A stretch of DNA of 64,000 nucleotides from Diplonema japonicum (Eukaryota > Protista > Euglenozoa: Diplonemea). The stretch covers positions 682,001 through 746,000 of the forward strand of contig OZ025663.1 of assembly GCA_964019335.1 (NCBI GenBank), in the 5' to 3' direction. Positions 46,473 to 58,309 of the stretch are shown here, in pieces. Each line of letters opens with the position of its first letter. Within the stretch, counting starts at the first letter, position 1. Position numbers and translations under genes: made by a program. Below the pieces are notes generated by a model. It was not told the origin of the DNA. It ran no database searches and saw nothing but the letters and a program-made list of their open reading frames with translations.

Positions 46473-49190
46473 ATGATCCCTGTTTTTCAGCTATCAGGCC
46501 CCCCTGGTGTCGGGAAGAGCTCCGTGGGACGGTGCCTGGCAGAGGCTGGAGGCGTGTTCTTTAGTGGAGGTGATGTGATTAGAAGCAAGTTTGCTACTGG
46601 CGAGAGGCCTGTTTTTGAGATGATGAACGATGTGATGAAAGCACTGAAGGAGAAGCTCGGCAGTTGGAAGAGAAGCGGTAAGTCTTTCCTCGTACTGGAT
46701 ACCCGTTCCCCTAACCCTCTCGGGAAGTACTACGAAGACTCTCTTCTGGCGAAGTTTGGTTTTGAGAACCGTGTTGTGATTGAGTTGGAAGCAGCGCACG
46801 CTGTGCTGCTGGAGCGCATGCGTGGTAGAGGGAGAGAAAAAGACGAAGATAAGGTGCTTAAAAGGCTTGAGGAATATGATGCGCCTTTCGTGAAGCAGGG
46901 CAGAGCGGAGTTCCAGAACATGCACCCGAGCAATGTCGTGTGCATCAATGCCGAAGGCACGTTGGCTGATGTTGTCCAGGCTTGCCGCGAGATTGTAAAT
47001 AATTACGTACAACACCCACCATACAAGCTGGTGCACACATCTATGCACACCGTGTGCTCATTTGTCGATGACTTCGAGGAGTACCATGCGGTGCTCTCCC
47101 AGCTGCATCGTGCGTTTGGGATCAGCAGCGCTACGCAAGTGGGTGGCTACCTGCTCAACGACAACGGGCACCTCTCAAACCCCACTGCGCGCCGTGGCGA
47201 GCCCCTCATGCCTACAGATGACACCTACACGGTGTCAAAGAAGCTTGACGGCACGCGATACCTGATGGTCCTGCACAATAGGGTTTTCTACTTGGTGCCA
47301 ACGCATACCAACGGGTGCTACAAGCTTAATGTCGACAAGAGGTTCGAATACAACAACAGCCCCCCTCGTAGCACTCTCGTATGCGACTGTGAGCTTGTGC
47401 TCCACAGAGATAGCACGTGGGTGCTGTACGTATTGGATATCATGGCAGACATGGCACCTCCTAAGAAGCGACTTATCGGGAGGAGCGATGGAATGCCCTT
47501 GCTGGAGAGAATGAAACATGCTGGAAAGTATTTTCCTCTTGAAGGAAGTGTGAAGGCCACGCCCTACTCGGCGGACGTGGTTTGCAAGAACTACTACCCC
47601 CTCAAGAAGGTGGTTGCACTACTGACGGACTTCCACAAGCAGTCTGACTTGTATCCCACCGATGGCTTGATCCTGACTCCCAAGCGGCATTACATCACGA
47701 GGACCGACGGGGGTCTTATCAAGTGGAAGCCAAAGCAACATCTCACCGTCGACCTGCTCTTGCGCAGGGAGGGAAGTGAGGCCAGGCTTTTTTCTCTGAC
47801 AAGCAACCCCTTTGGCTATAAGCACTTTGGTGACATATACTTGAGTACAGCGGAGTTGGAAGAGTACAATGGCCGGATTCTGGAATGCTGCAAGAAGGGT
47901 GCAGACTGGACGGTGGTGCGCGTCAGGCATGATAAGATGTACCCTAACTCCGATGAGATTGCGCAAAAGTTAGTCAGCCCCGAGTACGACATACCAGCGA
48001 GCCTGCTAGTGCAACTCCTCCCCGAGATACTGGACAAAACAGGTTCGCCAATGGAGTTGACTGGACCGTGTATCGAAGGTGTTGTGTGCAGCATGTGCAA
48101 GTCAGATATTGAAAAGGGAACATACATTCTGACATCGGAGTCAGCGAACATGTGTAGAGTGTGCGTAGAATCATCCTGCCAAGAACGTATCTTCAAAGGT
48201 GAGGAAGCACACGCCGACCCTCTTGCAGAAGGGCGGGGACAGTACAAGAAGAACTGTGAAAAGGAAAGTGATCGCACTACCTCGCAAGATGCATTCAGAG
48301 CGTTCAACAACTGGATAAAGCTTGTCCTCATCATGCTGTGCAAGGGCCGAGGACACGCTGTGCTGGATCTAGGCTGCGGGAAGGGTGGCGATCTGTGCAA
48401 GTATCAATACGAAGGGCACCCTTCAGTGCTCGTGTGCATTGACAGATGTGAGGAGAGCATACGTGCAGCAGTGCAAAGGTACATAACTCTGCGGTTGCCC
48501 ATTCGCACACAGCTGTGTGTATCGTCTATTACGAGCAAAAGCCTTTTGGAGAACATCGACAAGTGCAAGTTGTACACAAGAGGCATTGTTTTCGACATGG
48601 TGAGTTGTCAGTTCGCTTTGCACTACGCATGGGGTTCAGACAATGCAGCAGAGACACTCATCCGTAACGCAAGCGGCAAGCTAGCTACTGACGGAATGTT
48701 CATATGCACTACAGTTGATTTTGATGCAGTGAAGGCTGGTCTGCAGGCACACCGCGGTACCGCTGCCACTCTGCATTTTGGAAAAGGGGTACTAAATGTG
48801 TGTAAGGAGGTCGTCGACAGAGTCCTCAGTGGTGACGAGGGCACCGGTTTGGAATACACGTTCACGTTGCCCGGGTTCGTCGATGGCTATGAGTACCTTG
48901 TGTCCCCGTCTTCCTTGGTCGGCACGTGTAAGTCACATGGTTTAGAGCTCGTTCCTGAGTACTCTCTGAACTTCATGGACTTCAGAGATATGATAATGAG
49001 TAAGCACAGCCACATCGGAGAGGAGGCACGCACAAAGCAGCGCGTCTCCTTCACTGCCGCAGAGGACAAGCAGCACTTCGAGCTGTCATCGCTGTACAAG
49101 GTGTACGTGTTTAAGAACACCTGTGAGCGCGCCTCGGACTGGGAGCCACCCGAGGCTTACCACGACCTGCGTGATGTTATGCGTCAGTAG
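46473..49190 (+). CDS. Adenylate-kinase-like P-loop + mRNA guanylyltransferase + cap guanine-N7 methyltransferase fusion
   Basis: GPPGVGKS and SGGDVIR; GTase motifs KLDG, DCE, TDGLILTP, IKWKP, RVRHDK.YPN; MTase FNNWIK, VLDLGCGKGGDL, SCQFALHY, EYLV. Confidence 0.88.
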   Translation: MIPVFQLSGPPGVGKSSVGRCLAEAGGVFFSGGDVIRSKFATGERPVFEMMNDVMKALKEKLGSWKRSGKSFLVLDTRSPNPLGKYYEDSLLAKFGFENRVVIELEAAHAVLLERMRGRGREKDEDKVLKRLEEYDAPFVKQGRAEFQNMHPSNVVCINAEGTLADVVQACREIVNNYVQHPPYKLVHTSMHTVCSFVDDFEEYHAVLSQLHRAFGISSATQVGGYLLNDNGHLSNPTARRGEPLMPTDDTYTVSKKLDGTRYLMVLHNRVFYLVPTHTNGCYKLNVDKRFEYNNSPPRSTLVCDCELVLHRDSTWVLYVLDIMADMAPPKKRLIGRSDGMPLLERMKHAGKYFPLEGSVKATPYSADVVCKNYYPLKKVVALLTDFHKQSDLYPTDGLILTPKRHYITRTDGGLIKWKPKQHLTVDLLLRREGSEARLFSLTSNPFGYKHFGDIYLSTAELEEYNGRILECCKKGADWTVVRVRHDKMYPNSDEIAQKLVSPEYDIPASLLVQLLPEILDKTGSPMELTGPCIEGVVCSMCKSDIEKGTYILTSESANMCRVCVESSCQERIFKGEEAHADPLAEGRGQYKKNCEKESDRTTSQDAFRAFNNWIKLVLIMLCKGRGHAVLDLGCGKGGDLCKYQYEGHPSVLVCIDRCEESIRAAVQRYITLRLPIRTQLCVSSITSKSLLENIDKCKLYTRGIVFDMVSCQFALHYAWGSDNAAETLIRNASGKLATDGMFICTTVDFDAVKAGLQAHRGTAATLHFGKGVLNVCKEVVDRVLSGDEGTGLEYTFTLPGFVDGYEYLVSPSSLVGTCKSHGLELVPEYSLNFMDFRDMIMSKHSHIGEEARTKQRVSFTAAEDKQHFELSSLYKVYVFKNTCERASDWEPPEAYHDLRDVMRQ

Positions 49191-49448
49191 TTGCAACGCA
49201 ACGTTTCTATTTAAAGGTTTTTTAATCCTACGTTCCAGTAGCGTTTTCGGAACATACTCTAACTCTCAGTTGTGTTTAATTGCTTCGGTGGCTCTCCTAT
49301 TTCAACTTAATCTTCTTTACCTCTCTTTTACTTACTACGGCCCCCACAAGAAACTTGGGAAGCTTCGGGACACAAGGGTCACTGTGTCGCAACTTGTTTC
49401 ATGAAGTATATTGTCACGTTAACTTGTCATCCAGGTGTTAATAAAAGA

Positions 49449-51323
49449 ATGTACAGTAGAACAGCAGTCCTGACGAGTATTGTTTTCACAATAACAGGAA
49501 CCTTGTGTTTATTGCTGGTGATAAATGCAGTTGGGGTGTTTCAAAAGGGTTCCAAGTCTAGATCAGTGGAGTGCAGCTACGATGGTTGCACTGCTTGTGC
49601 GTCTTCTAGGCGCAGCGCACGCCGCAGGGCAATAAGGGGAAGGGAGAGGAGGAGTGTGTGTGTTCCGACTGATTTGTATTTGGTGCATGACAGCAGCAGC
49701 TGGTCTGTATGGAGAGCCTCCAAAGTACTGCACTTGTCTGCTCTCGCCGGTCAGGGCGCTTTCCTTTACCTGACAATTTCTACACGCGGAAGCCCTCCTC
49801 CAATAGCTTTTAAGACTGGTGCTCTTGTTTGTTTTGCTTCCTTGTTGGCATTCGTGTTGCAGATTGGTGTCTACCTTACCACAATGGAGCACGTTGGCTA
49901 CATAATGGCACCTAGATTTGTTAGCATCTTGTACAGTGTGTCCCTTTTGCATGTTCTGTACCTCGTGGGGTGTGGTGTGTTTACATTGTGGGAGCCCTTC
50001 GCCAAGCTGTACGATGGGCATCGATACAGAAAGCACAACGTTGCCCCTTCTGCCACGTCGTGTCTTGGTGCTTGGGTTCTATTAGCGGGAGTAGGCGTGT
50101 TCGTTTTGATGCTGATGCCTGTACATGAGCCACAGGATGACACAAGCATCGGGGACCTGCTGAGGTCAAGCAGGCATCTTGATCATATCGTCGTGACATG
50201 CATCGAGGGACCCGTGGCAACCAAGACATTGCGGGTCGCTGTGCTGCTGAAACATTTCGGTGATGCTGCTGCAGCAGCAGGTTTTCTTGCGGGAAGCAAG
50301 TGCACACCTGTCTCTGAACTGCAGAGAATCATCCAGAAGTTGACGCTTACCACAGCTCCGTCGGGGGGTGAGCTAGAGAGTCTTACCCGACAGTACCCAC
50401 TTGAGCTTTACCCTGACTCCCTGGAGATGCATATTATGTATAGCAGGCACCTTCTTAGTGAAGGACGGATCGAAGAGTCAAAAGCACTCCTGAGCATGAA
50501 GGGCAACAGGGAGCATCCTGGTGTCGTGTACACCTTAGCTCTTGCGTCTTTGCACAGCAACATTGAGAATAGTGAGACAGAAGCCGAGAGTCTGAGAGAG
50601 TATTCTGACTGGTGTATGCCGATGATTGTGTTTAGCAAGCTTTTGATTGGCACCGGAAGGTCTTATGGTGTGTGGTCTAGCAGAGAGGTTCTGAGGCAGA
50701 GCTGTCGTAGGTACTGCAGCCTTGATGCTGGCAGGGAATGCCGAGCACTGAGCGAGATGGATGTCACCATTGACTATGCGGCCATACAGTTGGGATACGA
50801 GCCTGCTTTTAAGGAAAGAAACAACATTACTTTTTGCCATGCAGTCCTTCATGCTCCCCTCTTCGTCGTAGAATCTGTGCCACTGCCTGCAGTGTGTGAG
50901 GGGGCGTCCCAAAGGCTGCCTTATGAAGAGATACGAGCCTGGGCTGCGGTGTGCAACACAAGTTCTTTGACCACATTGTGCTCGGAGCACATCAGATCAG
51001 AAGCCACAACTCCACAGGTTATACCACGCAGCTTGCCCACCTTCAGGGAGTACTGCGCCGCTATGGTATGTTACACATCTTGTTCATTCGCACAGCTCTT
51101 GTCCTGTGATGAAGCTCTGCTTGCACTACCCCTTCTTGAACAAGCACTTGGCATGAATCCTCGCAAGACGGGCCTTCTGATAGCTGCAGGGAAGGCAAAT
51201 TTAATGCTTCGCAGGACTGGGATCTCAGATCTGTGGTACAGCCAGGTAGCACTGCAGATTCGAGAAGGCCCCACGGCCCTGAAGACCAAAGTCAGGTCAC
51301 TGCTACCCTACAAAGCAAGGTAA
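49449..51323 (+). CDS. Multi-pass membrane protein with C-terminal TPR-like helices (probable in-frame intron 51066-51095)
   Basis: About 5 hydrophobic segments followed by TPR-like ALPLLEQALGMNP...AGKA. Confidence 0.6.
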   Translation: MYSRTAVLTSIVFTITGTLCLLLVINAVGVFQKGSKSRSVECSYDGCTACASSRRSARRRAIRGRERRSVCVPTDLYLVHDSSSWSVWRASKVLHLSALAGQGAFLYLTISTRGSPPPIAFKTGALVCFASLLAFVLQIGVYLTTMEHVGYIMAPRFVSILYSVSLLHVLYLVGCGVFTLWEPFAKLYDGHRYRKHNVAPSATSCLGAWVLLAGVGVFVLMLMPVHEPQDDTSIGDLLRSSRHLDHIVVTCIEGPVATKTLRVAVLLKHFGDAAAAAGFLAGSKCTPVSELQRIIQKLTLTTAPSGGELESLTRQYPLELYPDSLEMHIMYSRHLLSEGRIEESKALLSMKGNREHPGVVYTLALASLHSNIENSETEAESLREYSDWCMPMIVFSKLLIGTGRSYGVWSSREVLRQSCRRYCSLDAGRECRALSEMDVTIDYAAIQLGYEPAFKERNNITFCHAVLHAPLFVVESVPLPAVCEGASQRLPYEEIRAWAAVCNTSSLTTLCSEHIRSEATTPQVIPRSLPTFREYCAAMVCYTSCSFAQLLSCDEALLALPLLEQALGMNPRKTGLLIAAGKANLMLRRTGISDLWYSQVALQIREGPTALKTKVRSLLPYKAR

Positions 51324-51430
51324 CACTACAGTCTATCCCTATTTATGTAGGGTGCCAGTATTCACTTTTCTTCGAAATTCCTATCCAGTGTTTTGCATTC
51401 CCCACAACACCCACAACTATCACAGGTGAG

Positions 51431-53086
51431 ATGAGACTTCAAAAGAGAGCAGTCTCACAGGCGGTGCGGAGGAAGGAGGGCGTGCAAGAGTTTTATTACC
51501 CGAAAGAATGGTTTGCTCAGAAGGAGAGCACTCAGATGACGATGTACCGGGGAACGGAAGAGTGGAAGGAGAAGGCACAACAGCCGTTGGGGAGCGAGCT
51601 GAGCATGGATGAAAGACGGAATATGTTTTGGCGGATGGAAAAGGCAATGACCGATGTTGAGGAGTATAAGAAAGGTGTTGGGATGTTTTTTCTACCATTC
51701 CTGGACTGGAGCATCAAGGATGGGTGTAAGCCTTTCTTGTCACCCGCACACGCGCACAAGCTGTACTCAAACATTCACCAAAGGCATGTTGACGAGCTTG
51801 TGAGGTTCACAGCAGGATCCCCCGAGGAAGCAGCACCCCTCGATGCGCTCATCAGCACCACCTCGTTCGACGCCACTCAGGCATCGATCCACTTCCATGC
51901 GTGCATGCATTGGAATATGCTGTTCTTTTGGAAGTCTATTGTGCCCTTCGGGTCTGTCGACGTCCCCGTTCGCACCAGACAGGCTATCTGGAAGTACTTC
52001 AACGACGATGGCCTCAAGCAGCTTGAGAAAGAGTTTATCTCCGCAGGCATGGACATGGTGGGCAACGGCTTCGTCTGGCTGGTCTGGAACCCCGCGCTGC
52101 AGGTGCTCCAGGTCCGGACCACAGAAAGACACCAATGCCCAAAGGTCTTAGACCTGTACCCATTGCTCTGCTGCAATGTTTGGGACAATGCCATCACGCC
52201 AGGTTATGAGCTCAATAAGCTGGAATACTTGCGTCGATTCTGGTTGTGCGTTGACTGGACATGGGTGGATAAGTGCTATGGGTGGCTTTCTACCGAAATA
52301 CAAGTCTGTTAAATTAGAAAACAAAATGTAAAACCAAAATAGGAACTCTCGATCGATGTGCTCGGACAGAGCTCGCCAAAGGAAGTGCACCTGTTCCCAG
52401 TCATGCCTAGCTTCAGGGATGAGAGGTTCATGAAGAACTACGCAAGAGGTTCAAGGGAGGAGCCTTTAGATGGAGTATGCTTGAGCTTCAATAGAAAATG
52501 TATTGCCACAGGTGACTAACGAATGGTCCAACTGGAAGAAGCAAAGAAGTCTTGAGGATCCTGTGGTGTACGGGCCTGGCATGCGGATGGCCAACGAGCA
52601 GGACCAGGAGACTGAGTTTTTGTGGAAAGCTTCGCAGAACTACCATATTCTTTCTGTGCACGCTGGTTTCACAAGCCCGTACCCTTTCCACTACCCCACG
52701 TGGGACCAGACTTCGAGGTGGCTTGGACAGATGGGCGCAAAGGTATTCCGAGTTAAATATGTGCTTAATTAACTTAATGACAGGCCGAGCTCAGAAGGTC
52801 AGCTGTTCACCCACCCAATTCAGGCATTATGTGGCCCGAGGAGCCTGGGACAAATTTGCTCTCTGTTGATGTATGAAACTATACACCCACCCACACCGCA
52901 CAGCCGGAAGAAGACGACGAAATCGAAGAGTTTGGAGAGGACAGCCCTATGCCTTGGAAGGAGATGCGAGAAAAGTGGTTCCATTCCAATACTCATGAAA
53001 AGGAATTTGATTTCTGGAAGAAGCGAAAGAACCGTGACTGGGACAAGCAGGGCCTGTACTATGGTAGTGTGATGAAGTCCGGTTAG
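51431..53086 (+). CDS. Fe/Mn-SOD-fold protein lacking metal ligands, probably mitoribosomal mS42/mS43-like, 4 introns (first 52304-52342)
   Basis: SOD core (HWNMLFFW, GNGFVWLV, PLLCCNVWDNA, YLRRFWLCVDW) with WNH changed to WNM and DVWEH to NVWDN. The spliced C-terminal extension ends TAG at 53084-53086. Confidence 0.75.
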
Positions 53087-53161
53087 ACATCAGAAGTGTA
53101 GTGTTAACTTTGCGGATGTAGCTATTTTTTGAGTAGGTTTACACAAGCAAGCCACACAGAG

Positions 53162-56026
53162 ATGAGGGAGGGAAAGGTGCTATATGATTTCGAAGCAAAG
53201 GAAGGAGGACAGCTTTCTGTGGCGGCAGAGGACCTGGTGAAAGTATTAAAGCCTGATGGGCAATGGACATTTGTTAAACGGTACAGTGATGAGCTGGAGG
53301 GGTGGATACCTAGTAGTTACCTGAAGATACTTGTAAGTTCGCAACCTCCCCCCCCTCCCCCACCACCCTCGCAGAGATTTGTGAAGGGGCCTTCTCGCCA
53401 TCCACAGCCACGCTTTAGTGGGCCGAATGAAGATGCTATTGCACAGCAGACGAGCCCAATTAAGATGAGCATGCCGAAGCCGGAATCAGTCCAAATTACG
53501 AAAGAAGTGGAAGATATATGGAATGCGACACTTCTTGAGGCACAGTATCAAGTGGCAGCTGAAGGATTTATCGAGCTTCTCCATGAGAGAAGGTATGGAT
53601 ACGCTCACTGTTCTATTCCCACAGCTTATTAGACTACAAGAAGGCCCAACACACACCTGTTGTCCAGAACGATCGTCGGTATCAACGGTTGAGTGAGTTG
53701 TCAAAGAAGGCAGGGCAGGACCTCGTCCAGAAGTCATACGAACAGTTCCGTGCGGAACGGGGTTATCAGTTATCTGATGATTATGTTATTAGTGATAGTT
53801 GCCAACGTCAAGTCTCTTAGGTGGATATGCCGATTTTGCTCCAACGACCGGACAGTGCCAAGAGACGTGCAGCTGAGTGTAGAAAAGGACTGAAAGAGTC
53901 GTTACAAGAACTTCGTGCGGAGCTTGGGGCGCTTGAAAAGCAATCTATCGTTGCACAGCAGAGAGTATCTTCAGCTACCGCCACAAGAGAGCGCGATGTC
54001 CTTCTCAGTGCCAGACCGAGCACGGCCTCTGCACCATCGGCATCGGGCTGGGTGACACCCTCCAATGTGAGTAAGAGAAACAGTCTTCCGAAGCTCAAGG
54101 AAGGTGACACCTCACCGTCTCCATCCCCAGCACCGTCACCCATGAGCGAACGGCAAGAAACACCAGACTCTCCTCAGAAGCCCCCTTTGCCGATTGAGAA
54201 GCCTGACTCCGACTTCGAGACGAATGCCATTTTGCACACGCAGATCAGCGAGCCTCTTAATACTTGCTTCGACAATGTCAAGCAGCTCTTGCGTCAGGTT
54301 GCCGACCTCGAAACTGGCGTTCGGGTGGAGTTCAGCAATTGTTCTATAGCACTTCCCACGTTTCGTAAGGAATTCGAGTGGCTTCTTCCAACCACAAGCT
54401 TCAGCACCCCTAAGCTCGTGAGGGAAGCCGAACTGTGCCTCACAAGGGAGATGGTTTGGGACCTGCAGAGCTGCATCCCAGAAGCGCTAATGACGGAGAC
54501 GATATGTGCCTCAATGTGTAAGAACATCCAATCGGTCAGCACAAGCCAAGGGAAGGGGGAACTGAGAAGGAACAGGTTGATACATGCTCTAAGCTCTTTT
54601 AAGGAAATGATGCACACCATCGACCTGAACGGTCACAGAAGGCACTCGAGGGGTAAGGTCACTGGCAAGGTGTTAAGCCCTCCTGAGTTAGATGTGCTTC
54701 TCTTGGAGCTCAACGACTTGCTCTCTGCGAACCCCTTGACAGCAATGAGATCTGATCTCAATAGAAGTAACATAAAGGTGAAGGCAGGTAATTCTGCAGC
54801 AGCTAAGTTAGATCGAAAGAAAACGAGGCATTTTGAGAGAGGCGAAATGAGCAAAGGAGAGACGTGCATTGTGGATCTGGTGTCGGCTCTTGAGGGCGTA
54901 GTAGAAGTGCTCTTGCACAGGATAGAAGATGTCATCAAGCTGGCACACACCGAGTTATCCTTGTTCGGGCCTTCGCTGGACGAATGGAACGAGAAGGCTC
55001 AAAGTCACGTGAAGCGCTACCTGACCTACCACATCGAGGTCATTGAGAGGTGCTCTCGTGACTGCTCGAAGTTGAAAAAGTTCATCAAATCACAAGAAGA
55101 AAAGAAGAGCGAGGTTGAAACGAAGCTAGACAAGGAACTAGCTGGCATTGCAGTGGAATTAACGAACAACAATACAGAAATCGATGATACTATGGCAATG
55201 CTACAGTCGCAGGCCGATAAGCTTTGCGACCTTGTATTAGCACGCAAGGATCTCTGTGCACAATTCACCGACCGCACAGAGAGCACGAAGCAGCAGGTTG
55301 CTTACTTAAGTAAAACTCTGCAGACTGCTAAGAAGCACATGACTGTATGTGTAGCGGCTTACTTTTACTTTCTATTTCAGGCGCTCCAAGACGTGAAGAG
55401 CCACAGCATTGTGTGTGCCAAGTTAGGAGAGACGGCCATGACAACTATGCAGAAGGGGTATGTTCTTGTATATTATTAGCGCATCTCCAAGATACGAAAT
55501 CGGAGTGGCAGGTTACCGCCACTTCTTGAGTGTGTCAGATGCTGCTGAGAAAGAAGACAGGCAGATGGTGGCAAAGGCTGCTGGGATGCAAGCGTCTAAT
55601 CTTGGAGAGCTGTTGAGCAGAAAAGAGAACCACATCCAGGAGATAACAACAGAGGTGTGGCAGAAGGTAAGCACTATTCTTTTCTAGATTGAGCGACTCA
55701 ATTTTACAACGCTAGCATCATCATCGACATTGTCGCAAGGGGAGAATACTGAACTGCGCATGGTATGCCCTGCACGCACGCACCTCACACAGCGCTCGCT
55801 CGACAACGAACGTAAGGACTTGCAGGAGGAATGTCTGATATACATGAGCAAGGCAGCAGCCTTGCAAAGCAAATCAGATCAGAGTGATGTTGTTTTGAAA
55901 GAGAAGTTCAGCTGCCATGTAAGCCCTTGGGAGGCATTCTCGAAGAAGCGGTTTGAGATGCAGCAGGAACTAATCAACGTGCAAAAGAGTCACCTATCGA
56001 AGGTTGAGTTCTTGTCACAGGCCTGA
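53162..56026 (+). CDS. SH3 domain + long coiled-coil protein (paraflagellar-rod PFR5/6-like architecture), about 6 introns
   Basis: SH3 VLYDFEA....QLSV...W.....GWIPSSYL, poly-Pro and an extended helical C-terminus. Exons join in frame. Confidence 0.65.
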
Positions 56027-56119
56027 GGCATTTACATGCTGGCGCCACACGGAAGCCCACAATTTCTTTTTTCTCTCGTTGATATACTACAGTACACTTG
56101 CAACACAACACAGGTGCCA

Positions 56120-58309
56120 ATGTCCCGCGAGGAGAAAGACAGGAGGCGGCGTGGGAATGATGACCGTAGGCATCACGATGATAGAGGCTTTAACCGATAC
56201 AGGGGCAGACACAGAGATGGTGATCGAGAATTGGAACGGGAAAAAGAAAGAGAAAAGGAAAAGGAAAGGGACACCGAACGGGATCGGGAAGACCGCGATA
56301 GGAGGCGAAGGAGAAGACGCAGCCACAGCAACTCAGAAGAGAGAAAACGGGGGGATAGAAAGCAGTTCGATAAGCCTAGTTCGGTACTGAATGATGACAA
56401 GAAGGGGGGCTTCAAGCCTGCTCCATGGATGAGCTCGTCGGGGCCGCGTCCAGGTGAGAACGTAGAGGCAGCACCGATCAACGAACAAGTTCGTCCTGAG
56501 ATTTTATTATGCAAAATGAAATGGGACGACCCGGTGGCAATGGACAAGCGTGTGGGCGGTCTTGTGCCGCTTACTACAGATAGGTCGCTCAATCAGAGAT
56601 TCGCAGAGAGGCACGAAGAAGTGAAAGAAGAAGCCTCAGTGAAGCAGCAGCTAACACATCTCTCGCAACTCCAGCAGCTGGGAGTGCCTGTGGGCCTCCT
56701 CTTCCCAACTCTTCCCTCGCTGTGTCAAGAGCATAGTGTCACTCTCAATGAGTACATTGAAGAAGAAGAAGACAACTACACACCACCCGAGAAAGAAGGG
56801 GGCAACAAGGGTGGCAAGGGCCGCCGCAGCAAGGAGGACAGGGAACTTGAGGCTAAGCTCGAAAACCACTGGCCAGAGCTTCCAACGTGGATGTGGAATA
56901 AGCAATGCTCACAGACATACGTTGGGAACCAACCCTGCCAGGTGCTTCTCCTCTCCTTTGTGCCGGCAGACCAAAACATTGATGAAAGTCTACGGGCACA
57001 TTTCTGCAAATACGGAACAGTTGAACAGGTATGCCTATGGCGTAACGTCGGCCATCACGACAACAGGTCATTTCACGCGTCAACTACCGTGAAGCCCCGC
57101 GATTCGTGAAGAACGGTCTCGCACTTATCGAAATGGGTTCCGTCACTCACGCCATCTCTGTATGCCCATTTGTGTGCACATAGCTATAACCACAGGCCTA
57201 CTCTAGCCCTGACCCTGTTTGCGGAAACAGATTTATTAAGATCTTTTACGCGCCGGATGATGTAAGAAAGAAGGTGGAGAAGATACGGATAGACAAGATG
57301 ATGCAGGTATACCTCACAACCACTATGACACTTTCGTAGGACCGAAGGGAGCGACAAGAACGGATGAAAGAGCGAGAGGTCAAGGTGCAAGAGGCACAGC
57401 AGCGATTGGTCGCTGCGAAAAAGAAGGTATGATCCTATGCTGAGGTGACTCGTACAGATGACGCAACTGGAGGAGCAAAACAAGCAGCTGCGTGGGAGGA
57501 TGGAAAGTGTCGAGGGAGATGAGAGAAAAATGGTATGAAGAAGTCAGTACTTGTGGAGCACCACTGCAGATCGAGCACGGACTGAAGGAGGTGGCTGCAG
57601 CGCTGAAAGGAGCAATGGGGGAGGTACTAGAGGCCATGGAGATGGTGAAGTCGCTGTCTGATGCTGAAAAGGCAAAGCCTGCATGGCAGCAGAGGTGGCA
57701 GCCAAACCACCTGTCGAACTTCTCTATCGATACGAGGACATGGTATGCCTGTTGCCATTTTGTAACCTCCTTTGCAGTGTGTTCAGGCTGCCTAACTTGC
57801 CAGCGATGTGGTTGAAATCTCCGGCAAAGTTGCGTCGCGCGATGGAGAGGTATGGGGAAGTGCTGGGGTGCAGCATTGGCGGAACACAAGGTATGCAAAC
57901 CAATACGGCCTTTTACCTTACCACCAGGGTATGTGAGATTCAAGAGGCGGTACGAAGCAGAGCGGGCTGTAAGGGCGCTAGAAGAATCGAAACACAAGCC
58001 TGTGTGGCTTGAGAAAGAGACATGGGAAGAGGAGTGGCCACAGGTATCTATCTATCTTGTCATTCATCCATTCCAAAAGGACAACGAGATCGTAGAAGAG
58101 GACGAGCCCGTTAAGCCTGAAGTAGTCCCTGTGGTGGCATCTATCAACCCTGACGACGACGAAGCGCTAGTCGAAGCAGAGCTCGGGTATGCTGTTTGTG
58201 GTGGTCCTATCAACACAGACTGCGCAACGAGGAAATGATCCCAATCGCCAAAGGTGACGAAGAAGGGGGGGAAGTGGTCGATGAAACAAGTGCAACAATG
58301 CAGGAGTGA
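56120..58309 (+). CDS. RBM26/RBM27-like RNA-binding protein (RD/RE-rich, two RRMs, coiled coil), about 9 introns
   Basis: RRM1 LRAHFCKYGTV...AYSSPDPVCGNRFIKIFY and RRM2 IDTR...RYGEV...VRFKRRYEAERAV after splicing. Confidence 0.7.
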
